Source: an uncultured Gemmatimonadales bacterium (GTDB lineage Bacteria; Gemmatimonadota; Gemmatimonadetes; Gemmatimonadales; GWC2-71-9). From it: a stretch of DNA of 64,000 nucleotides. The translations under genes were made by a program, and so were the position numbers. Under the pieces are notes generated by a model. It was given only the letters and a program-made list of their open reading frames with translations. It did no database searches and was not told the DNA's origin. Positions 31,339-40,288 of this stretch are shown here, one piece after another; within the stretch, counting starts at the first letter, position 1; each line of letters starts with the position of its first letter. The stretch is from positions 2,823,685 through 2,887,684 of the forward strand of contig CAVWRM010000001.1 of NCBI GenBank assembly GCA_963757525.1, in the 5' to 3' direction.

Positions 31339-33018
31339 TCAGCCCCGGAAGGATGCCTCGATGACCGACGGCAGTCCGGCCCAGCCGGCCTTGCGCTCCA
31401 CCCAGGCGAGCCGGCGGAACAGGTGGTGGGCGCGGCGGTGGCCGGCGCTGAAGATCTGCTTCCGCCGGAACGAAACATCCTGCCGGATCACGACCTTCTC
31501 GATCGCCTCGAGCATGGACGTGTTGTGCACCCAGCCGTGGCCGCTCTGAATATCGGCAGGTGTCGACATCTGATGAGGCCCCCAGGGCGACGAGGCGAGA
31601 GCGAATGAGGTCTGGGGCCAGACGTTGAGGCCGATGGTGCCATACCGGAGGCGGGAGATGGCGCGCTCGATTCCCGGCGCCACCTCCGGATCCTCCAGCG
31701 TCCGCGGGTGGACGAGCAGGGAGGCGCTCAATGTCCCCCACACGCGCTCGTTCACGAAGTCGACGGCCGCTTCCAGGAAGCCGAGAGGATCGCTGCTGCC
31801 GACCTGCACCTCGGCGACGATCGGGCAGAACGGCTCCAGCGCGTACAGCGGCTCCCTGCGGTCGGCGGGGTCGAGATCGGGTACCAGGGTCCACGGCAGC
31901 ATACCGCCCACGGTGCTTCCTACGAACCGCACGCCCGGCCGCCGCTTGGCCAGAAACTGCCACCGCTCCGTGGCTCCGGGATAGTATGCCAGCCGGAGCG
32001 GGGCCGCGGCCAGCGCCTCCTCGAGGTGGCGCAGGAAAGCGTTGCGCTGGGCCCACTCGGCCGGCATGACCAGAAGCCGGGGCGTGGTGCAGTTGCAGCC
32101 CGCGTTGTGGGCGATAGCCCCTGCCAGCGCCGCGGCCTGATACGCGAGCTGGCGATCGAGATACGGACCCGGGACGATCAGAACGGGTGACACGCATCCG
32201 AGCTGGGCGGTGATGGGCTTGTCGTTCGTCCGCTTGCCCGTGGACTTCCGCCTGGCCCGGCCCACCGGCTCGCCCCAGACGATATCGTCGTAGGTTTCCG
32301 CCGACCCCGTGAGGTGGATCTCCCCGATGCCCGGATGCCGGCTGAGATAGGCTCCGGCTTCCGCCCCGCCGTACACGAGGCGCAGGTAGCCCTGCTCGAT
32401 CGCCACCGCGAAGGCCTCCTCGTAGAGCGGCCCGAGATAGGAATTGAGCGGGTGCATCTTCAGGAGGCAGACGGAGCCGTCGTTGAACAGCTTCGTCAGG
32501 ACGTCCATGCAGGGGATCGCGGCCGCGTTGCCGGCCCCGAGCACGAGGGCCACCCGTTCGGGGCGCGCCGCGTCTCGATAGTACCGCGCCCTGGTATCGA
32601 GCACGGACAAGTCCAGACCGGCCTCGAACCGGACCTGGGCCTCAACGGATGGGAGCAGGAACGAATCGAGAGTGCTTCCCGGGAAAATGTCGAGCCGGAG
32701 CCTGCCCCCGGTTGCGGCCCCGATCGTCCCGACGCGGGGCAGCTCGCCCTGCCTGATGGCCGAGAGTGATGTGAGGAGCCGCCGGATGTGTCTCAGGATG
32801 GGCCACGGGCCGAGCGACCACTCCTCCCCTTCCAGGGGAGTGCCGAGCACGATGCGCTTGGCCCGACACGACGCGACGACGGTGCGGAACGCGACCCGGG
32901 CATAGCCCGACCGCATCGCGCGGAGGAGCCGGATGCGCTCGTCGATGTCGAGGGCTGCGAAACGGGTGGCGCCATCCCACAGCACTGCGACGGCCTCGTC
33001 CAGCTCGCGGCGTGCCAT
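31339..33018 (-). CDS. aldehyde dehydrogenase superfamily protein (atypical, 559 aa)
   Basis: Start ATG 33018 (MARRELDEAV). ALDH-like blocks VLGAGNAA, HLTGSAETY, QLGCVSPVLIV and NAGCNCTTPR. Confidence 0.7.
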   Translation of the reverse strand: MARRELDEAVAVLWDGATRFAALDIDERIRLLRAMRSGYARVAFRTVVASCRAKRIVLGTPLEGEEWSLGPWPILRHIRRLLTSLSAIRQGELPRVGTIGAATGGRLRLDIFPGSTLDSFLLPSVEAQVRFEAGLDLSVLDTRARYYRDAARPERVALVLGAGNAAAIPCMDVLTKLFNDGSVCLLKMHPLNSYLGPLYEEAFAVAIEQGYLRLVYGGAEAGAYLSRHPGIGEIHLTGSAETYDDIVWGEPVGRARRKSTGKRTNDKPITAQLGCVSPVLIVPGPYLDRQLAYQAAALAGAIAHNAGCNCTTPRLLVMPAEWAQRNAFLRHLEEALAAAPLRLAYYPGATERWQFLAKRRPGVRFVGSTVGGMLPWTLVPDLDPADRREPLYALEPFCPIVAEVQVGSSDPLGFLEAAVDFVNERVWGTLSASLLVHPRTLEDPEVAPGIERAISRLRYGTIGLNVWPQTSFALASSPWGPHQMSTPADIQSGHGWVHNTSMLEAIEKVVIRQDVSFRRKQIFSAGHRRAHHLFRRLAWVERKAGWAGLPSVIEASFRG

Positions 33019-33287
33019 GGGCGGCGGCGCATACGGCAGCTGGGCGGCAAACGGACCACTGGTGCGGGGCGGACGTGTCGTGATCGCGCGTATCCTGGTG
33101 CGATGTTGACCTGGGAGTAGGCGACGACGGGCTGGCAGCGTTGTATGATAGAAAGCTCGGACGGAGCCCGCCAGCAGTCTTTCAATCAAGTCGTCAGGTA
33201 GCCTAGGGATGCGTGGGGCGGTGAAATGATCCTCGCCGCGCGGCCGCGTGCGCCTACGTTCACGCGATCCGCGTCCAGGACCCCGCA

Positions 33288-34814
33288 ATGCTCGCGCGCA
33301 TCCGCTCGGCCGCCGTGCTCGGCATCGACGCCTATCCCGTGGACGTCGAGGTCGACATCGGCAGCGGCCTTCCCTCGTTCTCCACCGTCGGCCTTCCCCA
33401 GGGCGCGGTGCGGGAAGGTCGTGAGCGCGTATCGGCGGCGCTCGTCAACGCCGGCTACGTGTTCCCGCTCAAGCGGATCACCGTCAATCTGGCACCCGCC
33501 GACATCCGAAAGAACGGATCGGGTCTCGATCTCCCGATCGCCGTGGGGCTTCTGGCCGCCAGCGAGCAGCTGAGCTGCCAGGGGCTCGACGACCAGGTCA
33601 TCGTCGGAGAAGTGGGTCTCCAGGGCGACCTCCGGCCGGTGCGCGGCGCGCTCTCGATGGCGCTGGCCGCGCGGGCCATGGGTTGCAGGGGCATTCTCCT
33701 CCCCGCCGACAATCTTCCCGAGGCATCGGTAGTCGAAGGTCTGGAAGTGAGGGGCGCGCGCACGCTGGCCGCCGTCTGCGCCCACCTGGCCGGGCGGCAC
33801 CCCCTTCCGGCTACACGGACCGACGTGGCCTCCCTCATGGCGCGGCGCCGGTGCGACGAGGCCGACTTCGCTGATGTACGTGCGCAGAGCGCGGCCAAAC
33901 GTGCTCTCGAGGTGGCGGCGGCCGGGGGGCACAACATCCTCATGATCGGCCCGCCCGGGTCCGGCAAGACCATGTTGGCCCGCCGTCTTCCGAGCATTCT
34001 CCCACCGCTTGGCCTGGATGAGGCGCTCGAGACCACCAAGATCCACAGCGTCGCGGGCCTCCTCACCGCGGAGCAGTCTCTCTGTGTCAGCCGGCCGTTC
34101 CGCGCACCGCACCATACCATCAGCGACGCCGGCCTCATTGGAGGCGGGTCCACGCCAAGGCCCGGCGAGGTGAGCCTGGCTCACGGTGGCGTGCTGTTCC
34201 TCGATGAGTTGCCCGAGTTCCGCCGCAACGTGCTGGAGGTGCTCCGCCAGCCGCTCGAGGACGGGGTCGTGACGCTGAGTCGCGCCGCGCTGGCGCTCAC
34301 CTACCCAGCCCGATTCATGCTGGCGGCGGCCATGAACCCGTGTCCCTGCGGCTACTCGGGCGATCCCCGGCACGGCTGCCGATGCGCGCCGCTCGATATC
34401 GAACGCTACCGGTCGAGGGTATCGGGGCCGCTGCTCGACCGGATCGACATTCATCTCGAGGTACCGCCGGTGGCGTGGCGCGACCTGGCGCCGTCGGCCG
34501 AGGGCGAATCGAGCGCCGCCATTCGAGCCAGAGTCGAAGCAGCGCGCGCCATTCAGCGACACCGATTTCGCGGGCATCCCGGCGTCCATGCCAACGCGCA
34601 CATGGCCGCCCGTGACGTTCGCCGCTACTGCGTGCTCTCGCCCCCGGTCGAGCGCCTGTTGCGTGACGCCGTGCTCCGGCTCGGCCTGTCCGCCCGGGCG
34701 TATCACCGCGTCCTCAAGATCGCGCGAACCATCGCCGACCTCGAATCAGGCGGCGGAGCTCAGCGTCGTGCATGTGGGAGAAGCGATTCAGTATCGGAGT
34801 CTCGACCGCACTAG
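33288..34814 (+). CDS. comM: Mg-chelatase-like ATPase ComM/YifB (C-terminal ~22 aa out of frame)
   Basis: 508 aa. Lon-like N-domain and AAA+ Walker A GPPGSGKTM. From about 34747 the conserved tail (...ELSVVHVGEAIQYRSLDR) is found only in the +1 frame (ORF 34588..34857). Confidence 0.9.
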   Translation: MLARIRSAAVLGIDAYPVDVEVDIGSGLPSFSTVGLPQGAVREGRERVSAALVNAGYVFPLKRITVNLAPADIRKNGSGLDLPIAVGLLAASEQLSCQGLDDQVIVGEVGLQGDLRPVRGALSMALAARAMGCRGILLPADNLPEASVVEGLEVRGARTLAAVCAHLAGRHPLPATRTDVASLMARRRCDEADFADVRAQSAAKRALEVAAAGGHNILMIGPPGSGKTMLARRLPSILPPLGLDEALETTKIHSVAGLLTAEQSLCVSRPFRAPHHTISDAGLIGGGSTPRPGEVSLAHGGVLFLDELPEFRRNVLEVLRQPLEDGVVTLSRAALALTYPARFMLAAAMNPCPCGYSGDPRHGCRCAPLDIERYRSRVSGPLLDRIDIHLEVPPVAWRDLAPSAEGESSAAIRARVEAARAIQRHRFRGHPGVHANAHMAARDVRRYCVLSPPVERLLRDAVLRLGLSARAYHRVLKIARTIADLESGGGAQRRACGRSDSVSESRPH

Positions 34815-34829
34815 GAGTCCGGGGGAGAG
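34341..34829 (+). repeat. left copy of ~489-nt imperfect direct repeat (comM 3' portion)
   Basis: Aligns colinearly with 38386-38873 at roughly 90% identity by eye, with one 1-nt indel near 34748. Confidence 0.85.
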
Positions 34830-35222
34830 ACTAGCACCGGGCAGAGCAGACGGGTGACGGACAAGGTCGTCGTCGTTATGGAGCAGATCGTCATCCCGAC
34901 GGACTTCATGTGTGCGATCGCGGAGTCGGCGTCGCCTCCACCTCTGTCCCCTGGCCTTTCATCTCAGCCGAGTTCGTGAGCTCTACGCGGCAATACACTT
35001 TTGTCTCAGGGAGACCGGCCGAGTCGAATTTGCTGCAGAGACTTTCACCGTCGTCTGATTACGTCACACCCTCGTCACATCCTCCTCATCGGAACACTGT
35101 CGCGTTCAACCACGTTCCTGCCCACGCGCGTCATGAAATCCCGGGTTCTTGTCGCGTCTGCTACGCGTTCCGGAGCTCGCGAGACAGTCAGTAACGCGTT
35201 AGTCCCGCGAGCTGGACTGTAC

Positions 35223-35864
35223 TGGAGTTCACCCGGTTTGGTGGACGGGTAAGGATTGGGCCGCTCACGCCACTGACGTTGGTCCCGTTTGTAGGTCCGC
35301 TCCACCAGATCGGGCGCCGCGACGGCGCGGGGATCACGGCGCGTCGTCCAGTGCGGCTTGCGCCGGGTGACCCCGACGATCCCGTGCGCGCGCATCAGGC
35401 GCGCGACCCGTTTGTGGTTAATGCCCTCGCCGCCCTCGGTAAGCTCCGCGTGGATCATCGGCGCCCCGTAGGCTTCGCGCGAGTCCCGATGGATGGTCCG
35501 GATCCGCTCCAGCAAGGCCGCATTGGCCACCGCTCGTGCCGAGGGACCACGGCCTCGCCATGCATAGTAGCCGCTGGGGGAGACGCCCAGCAGCCGGCAC
35601 AGGATCCGCACCGGGAAGGCGGCCTGATTCGCTCTCACAAACTCGAATCCCGCTCGGGCACCGTCCCCGTCTCCCGAGCAAACCAGGCTGCGGCTTTTTT
35701 TAGGATCTCCCGTTCGAGCTTCAGTTGCCGATTCTCCCGCCGCAACCGCCGGAGTTCGGCCTGCTCCTCGCTGGTCAGCCCGTCGGTCCGCTGGCCGACA
35801 GTTGCGCGCTAGAGTAAGGCGACTTCTTGGGTCCGTTGCTCCTGACGTTGGATCGTGAACTCCA
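35223..35864 (-). mobile_element. internally deleted IS3-family element (IS150/IS3-group-like), non-autonomous remnant
   Basis: 10-bp terminal inverted repeat: TGGAGTTCAC at 35223-35232 and its complement at 35855-35864. OrfA tail is [35 protein letters not shown], with the A7G slippery site at 35695-35701. The OrfB N-terminal ~110 aa are present but the DDE core is missing. Confidence 0.75.
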
Positions 35865-37032
35865 TGTCGGGCAGTCAGATGTGACTCCGGGTGTGAACGC
35901 CGTCTGTCGCCACTGCTGGGCGAAGGCGGCCGGGGTGCGGTCGGCCAAGCTGCTGTGAGGACGGACCGCGTTATAGTCTATCCGCCAGCGCTCGATGTGC
36001 TCCTTGCATCGGCCAGGCGGAAAAGAAGTGTTGACGTTCAAGCACTCGTCCCGTAGGCGACCATTGAAGGACTCCACGTAGGCATTCTCCACCGGCTTGC
36101 CCGGTCGGATGAAGAGGAGTTGGATACCCCGCTCATGGGCCCAGACCTCGAGGGCTGGCTCGCGAACTCGGTCCCATGATCCACCGTGATTGGGGAGGTC
36201 CCGCGTCTGTGCCAGCCGCTCGAGCACCCGGATGATGCGTCCGACCGGAGAGCGCTGCGCCGCCTCGATGACCGGGACTCCGGCGTGAAATGATCGACGA
36301 CCGTGAGCATCCGAAACTTACCCCCGTCCAGCAAGGCATCGGTGACGAAATCCATGCTCCAGCGCTGATGGGGACCCGCCGGCACGGCCGGCGGCTGCCG
36401 CGGGACCGCCATGTGCTTCCGGGCGCGCCGCCGGACCTGAGGCCGGCCTCCCGGTAGAGCCGGCGGTCGCTTGTGATTGAGCGGTGCCCTCTCGCCGCAG
36501 CAGGATGTGGAGTCGATTGTAGCCCAAGCGCGGTCGCTCGTCCGCCAGATGGATCGGCGAAGGCGGAGCTCCGCCCGCGTCCGTCGCCGGCCGCGATAGT
36601 ACCACGCCGAGCGGCCAGGCCCACGACCCGACACGCCCGCCGAACCCTCCTGGAAAGATGGCGGTCAGATGGGTGACGACTCCCCGCCGCTGCATCGTCG
36701 TCAGACTTTTTTTCCACCACGTCTTTGAGCATCGCTTATCGAGTGCGAGATCGGCCACCAGCTTCTTGAGCCGGCGATTCTCGTCCTCCAGGTGGCGCAG
36801 CCGCCGCGCTTCGTTGAGCTGGTGCGCCATACTTCGTCTTCCAGCGGATGAACGTCTGGCGACTGACGCCATGGCGGCAGACATCGATCCCGCTCACGCC
36901 GGCATCGCCTTCGGCGAGAATGGCGAGGATCTGCTCTTCGGTGAAGCGACTCTGCTTCACTGGGCCCTCCCTGCCCTCAGGCAGCGGTGGAGAGTCCCAG
37001 TCTACGTGCTCCAGTGTTTGGGGAGAAGGTCA
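35865..37032 (-). mobile_element. degraded IS3-family element (IS407/IS2-group-like), multiple frameshifts; ends approximate
   Basis: OrfA starts at GTG 36960 (VKQSRFTEEQILAILAEG...). A7 run at 36707-36713. OrfB pieces lie in three frames: RWSMDFVTDAL..FRMLTVVDHFT, ITVDHGTEFAS, and FIRPGKPVENAYVESFNGRLRDECLN...RPHSSL. A TGACCTTCTCCCC-type end is read from 37032. Confidence 0.7.
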
Positions 37033-37068
37033 GAGCACTCACTCAAGGGTCTCGTTTCTACACGATCC

Positions 37069-37560
37069 GTGGTTGCCTGGGCTGCCGTGTTACTCATGCC
37101 CTTCTCGAGCTTAAGGGCACAGACACCCATGCGACACAGCGCCCGCGAGGTCCACGCGCGGATCGAGACCGACCGATCCACCTATCGAGTTGGCGACTCT
37201 ATCCGAGTTCGGATTGTACTCCGCAACGTGTCCAATCACGAAGTCAAATTCTCTGGGGGGATGGCGACGTCACTCGTCCGGCTACAAGTGACCAATGAAG
37301 AGGGGAAGCAAGTTGTGCCGACGGTCCAAGGTAGACCCGGTACCATCGGGGCAATTTCCACTCTAGGAGCCGGTTCGGAGCTCAAATTGACCAGCTTTCC
37401 GGGTAGCCAGGAATGGATGAACCTTCGGGACTGGGGGTATCAACTCGGGACGCCCGGGCGGTATGTCATACTTTGTATGCCGCGAGTGGGCGGACCGGCC
37501 TTGGCAAGCGACACGAGGACCAAGCGGTCAAACGAGGTAACAATCACCATTGCCCAGTAA
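37069..37560 (+). CDS. hypothetical small secreted beta-rich protein (island cargo)
   Basis: C-terminal half of ORF 36658..37560; the N-terminal half is antisense to the IS. Has a hydrophobic leader VVAWAAVLLMPFSSLRAQT and sits in an AT-richer region. The start is uncertain (GTG 37069, ATG 37096 or ATG 37129). Confidence 0.45.
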   Translation: MVAWAAVLLMPFSSLRAQTPMRHSAREVHARIETDRSTYRVGDSIRVRIVLRNVSNHEVKFSGGMATSLVRLQVTNEEGKQVVPTVQGRPGTIGAISTLGAGSELKLTSFPGSQEWMNLRDWGYQLGTPGRYVILCMPRVGGPALASDTRTKRSNEVTITIAQ

Positions 37561-37623
37561 CCTGATTTCGATGAAAACGCTCATCCAAGTTTGGTCTATC
37601 TAACGGAGAGACGTTGAGAATTC

Positions 37624-37658
37624 AGGGCATGCCGGTGCAACCCCGACCGGCATGCCCT
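37624..37658 (+). terminator. perfect 13-bp-stem hairpin (possible terminator)
   Basis: agggcatgccggt-gcaaccccg-accggcatgccct, 64 nt downstream of the 37560 stop. There is no U-tract. Confidence 0.4.
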
Positions 37659-37945
37659 ATCACCCTGGACACTGCTGAATTAGTCGATGTGGGTGTGCAA
37701 AGTTCCGTGCCAACTTGACCGCACATTTCGCCTGTTATAGCCCCTTCTTGCGAACATCCTGCACGCGAAACCACGGATTCGCCCTCTGAACTCAGCAGAA
37801 TGTTCACCAGGGCCTAACCGTTCGGCTTAGGCATCGACAAGCCGAACGTCCGCACGGGCGGCCCCTGGTCGGGAGGCAATGCATACCCGAGATAGGGCAG
37901 AGCGGCCGCGCAGTGCCTCCGCCGACTGTGGTTGTCCTCTTGGAG

Positions 37946-38392
37946 CTATTGGCCATCATCGCTTAGGAATGCCTCAATTCGCGCCAGGAAGGCCGCACCA
38001 GGCATTCTTTGCTCGCTCTCCCATCTCCAGAGCGTAACTGGATCAACATCCAGAATACGGGCGGCGGCTTCGCGGGAGAGCCCTCGGACGGTTCGGCAAA
38101 CGGCTAACTGGCGGCCGATGGAGCCTGCTGGAGGGAAGGGGAAGTATCCCAGGAACCGGATGATTGCGGGCATGAACCGAAGCTCGGGAGTGGTCCGGTT
38201 TAGCTCCCAGTTGGTAACGGTGGTCTGATTTACCTCGAGTTGCTTGGCAACATCGCGCTGAAGACGTCTCAAATCGAGCCGGCGCTTCCGCAGGTGATCT
38301 CCAATGGTGACAAGGGCTTGCGGGTACGCTCGAGGATGAGGACGCGAGGCCGTCAGACGGAAATGGCAAAAAGGCAACGCGGGGATGTCCAT
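37946..38392 (-). CDS. XRE/Cro-C1-type helix-turn-helix transcriptional regulator (two HTH-like segments)
   Basis: 148 aa from ATG 38392. Segments LRKRRLDLRRLQRDVAKQLEVNQTTVTNWELNRTTP and RTVRGLSREAAARILDVDPVTLWRWESEQRMP. AT-richer codon usage than the flanks. Confidence 0.7.
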   Translation of the reverse strand: MDIPALPFCHFRLTASRPHPRAYPQALVTIGDHLRKRRLDLRRLQRDVAKQLEVNQTTVTNWELNRTTPELRFMPAIIRFLGYFPFPPAGSIGRQLAVCRTVRGLSREAAARILDVDPVTLWRWESEQRMPGAAFLARIEAFLSDDGQ

Positions 38393-38916
38393 GCGGATAC
38401 CTCGGCGACCCGCGGCATGGCTGCCGGTGCGCGCCGCTCGAGATCGAACGCTACCGGTCGAGGGTATCGGGGCCGCTGCTCGACCGGATCGACATTCATC
38501 TCGAGGTGCCGCCGGTGGCGTGGCGCGACCTCGCGCCGGCCGCCGAAGGTGAATCGAGCGCCGCCATCCGGGTGCGTGTCGAAGGCGCGCGCGCCATTCA
38601 GCGACACCGATTTCGAGAGCATCCCGGCATCCATGCCAACGCGCACATGGCTGCCCGCGACCTTCGCCGCTGCTGCGCGCTCTCACCGCCGGTCGAGCGC
38701 CTGTTGCGTGATGCTGTGCTCCGGCTCGGGCTGTCGGCGCGCGCGTATCACCGGGTCCTCAAGATCGCGCGCACCATTGCCGACCTCGAATCGGCAACGG
38801 AGCTCACCGTGATGCATGTGGGGGAGGCGATTCAGTATCGGAGCCTCGATCGCACGCGGGGCCCAGGGGAGGGTGTCGCGCCGAGCGCTGCGTCGGGGGA
38901 CCTCGGCACACGGTAG
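38386..38916 (+). pseudogene. comM: displaced 3' fragment of comM (last ~175 codons, in frame, no 5' part)
   Basis: Translates as ...GDPRHGCRCAPLEIERYRSRVSGPLLDRIDIHLEVPPVAWRDL...ARTIADLESATELTVMHVGEAIQYRSLDRTRG. This is the right copy of the direct repeat. Confidence 0.85.
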
Positions 38917-39071
38917 TGGATCGGAGGGATCGCCCGTTGGTCCGGGCCCGTGCGCGTGTGGTCCTCATCGTGTTCACATCGTCCGGTCCGCGGAGTGCCG
39001 GAGCGGATCAGCGGAGCCGCGAACTGGGATGTCGAAGTACTGGAGCAAACTGGTTCCCGGGACGGCCGGCA

Positions 39072-40288
39072 TCAGGGGACCACAGTGAACGGCAGGAAGA
39101 ACGCCGTTTGGTCCCAGCTCAGCGTCAGCACGCCGCCGCTGTCACGCGGGGCCACGGCGATCGTGAACGCCTCGACGGCAGAGGGAAGGGTGTAGCGCGC
39201 CAGGTCGAGCCGAGCCAGGTCCTTGGTCGAATCGTATTCGGTGCCCCATTGCCCGGTCTGCCGGTTGACGATGAGTTTGGCGCCGGTGGGCTCGGGCATC
39301 ATCCAGAGCGAATAGGCGCCCCTGGGAATCACCTGGTCACCCATCCGGAGGTCCTGGTCGGTGGTGAATTGGGTAGCGGCGTTCGCCCCCACGCGCCACA
39401 CCTTGTTCCAGGGGACCACGCCGCCGAAGATCTCGCGCCCGCGCTTTCTGGGGCGCCCGTAGTCCAGCAGCAAGTGCGCCGAAGCCACCGTGGCCCGGAC
39501 CGTGTCGCGGGGGAAAGCTGTCCCGCCGGTCCGCTGGCCGTCTCCGTCTGCGCGATCGCGGTGGCGAACGCTCCCACGTTCACATTCTTCACCCGCGTGA
39601 CGTGCACCTTCTGCGTCGTCTCCCGGCCGTCCAGCTCGAGGATCCGGCCCCGGCCGTCGACCCGGGCCAGGAGCGCGTTGCCCAGAAACCCGATGGCCAC
39701 CCAGTCCTTGCTTCGCTTGGCGACGTACGACTGGGTGGCCTCCGGTGAGCCGAGAGCCAGCCAATCGAACTCGACGCTGTCCCGCTTCGCCCGTTTGGCC
39801 TGAATGGTGGCGAGCTCGATCAGCGAGGCCGAAAAGGCGGACAGGGGGACGGTGCCCGGCCGGGTCGGAATCCGCAGCCGCCGAACGCTGTCACCGATCG
39901 TCAACGTGAGGTCCGCGCTGTCCCGATGGAACGTGATCGTGGAGGTGGCCGGCGGGCCGGCGGACCGGGTGAGCGGACGGACGGTCATGTCGAATCGCCG
40001 GACCCGCCCGGCGGTGTCGAGCGCGGCCAGGAAGTGAACCCGCCGCGCGAACGGCACCCGAACCGCCAGCTCACTCTCGAGATCGTGCGACGACCGGCGA
40101 TACTGCTCCACCGCGATGGTATCGTCGCCGAGCTGGATGACGAAGCCGGCGGTCTCACCGGGCATCTGGGCGGTGGCGCTGGCTGAGGACGACAACGAGA
40201 AGAGCAGGGATGCGACGGCAAGGCGACGACCCGGGGACATGGGGGCCATACGCCGCGGCGCGCTGACGGGTTTCCCCTGGTTGCTCAT
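39072..40288 (-). pseudogene. secreted two-domain protein with C-terminal DUF2911, interrupted by a 1-nt frameshift
   Basis: The N-terminal part (ATG 40288, signal LAVASLLFSLSSSASATAQ) is in the frame of ORF 39329..40594. The DUF2911-like part (LLLDYGRPRKRGREIFGGVVPWNKVWRVGAN...) is in the frame of ORF 39072..39764. The junction is at the G5 run 39509-39513. Confidence 0.7.

Noticed and set aside
33125-33150. Sigma-54-like CTGGCAGCGTTGTATGA, and TTGACC ... TATGAT motifs, in the divergent ALDH-like/comM intergenic region
   Set aside because: The GG and GC elements are not at the required 10-nt spacing. The -35-like and -10-like hexamers are about 32 nt apart, so neither configuration is a credible promoter.
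36658-37068. N-terminal ~137 aa of the 300 aa ORF 36658..37560
   Set aside because: This part is antisense to the IS3-family orfA region and is compositionally junk-like. Only the AT-richer distal part, which has a hydrophobic leader, looks like a gene.
34830-38385. Tn7-like or CRISPR-associated transposon at comM (by analogy to AbaR/Tn6022)
   Set aside because: No tnsA/B/C, tniQ or cas-like ORFs and no Tn7-type end repeats are visible. Those elements also do not generate a ~490-nt diverged duplication of the target gene. An integrase-type island remnant fits better.
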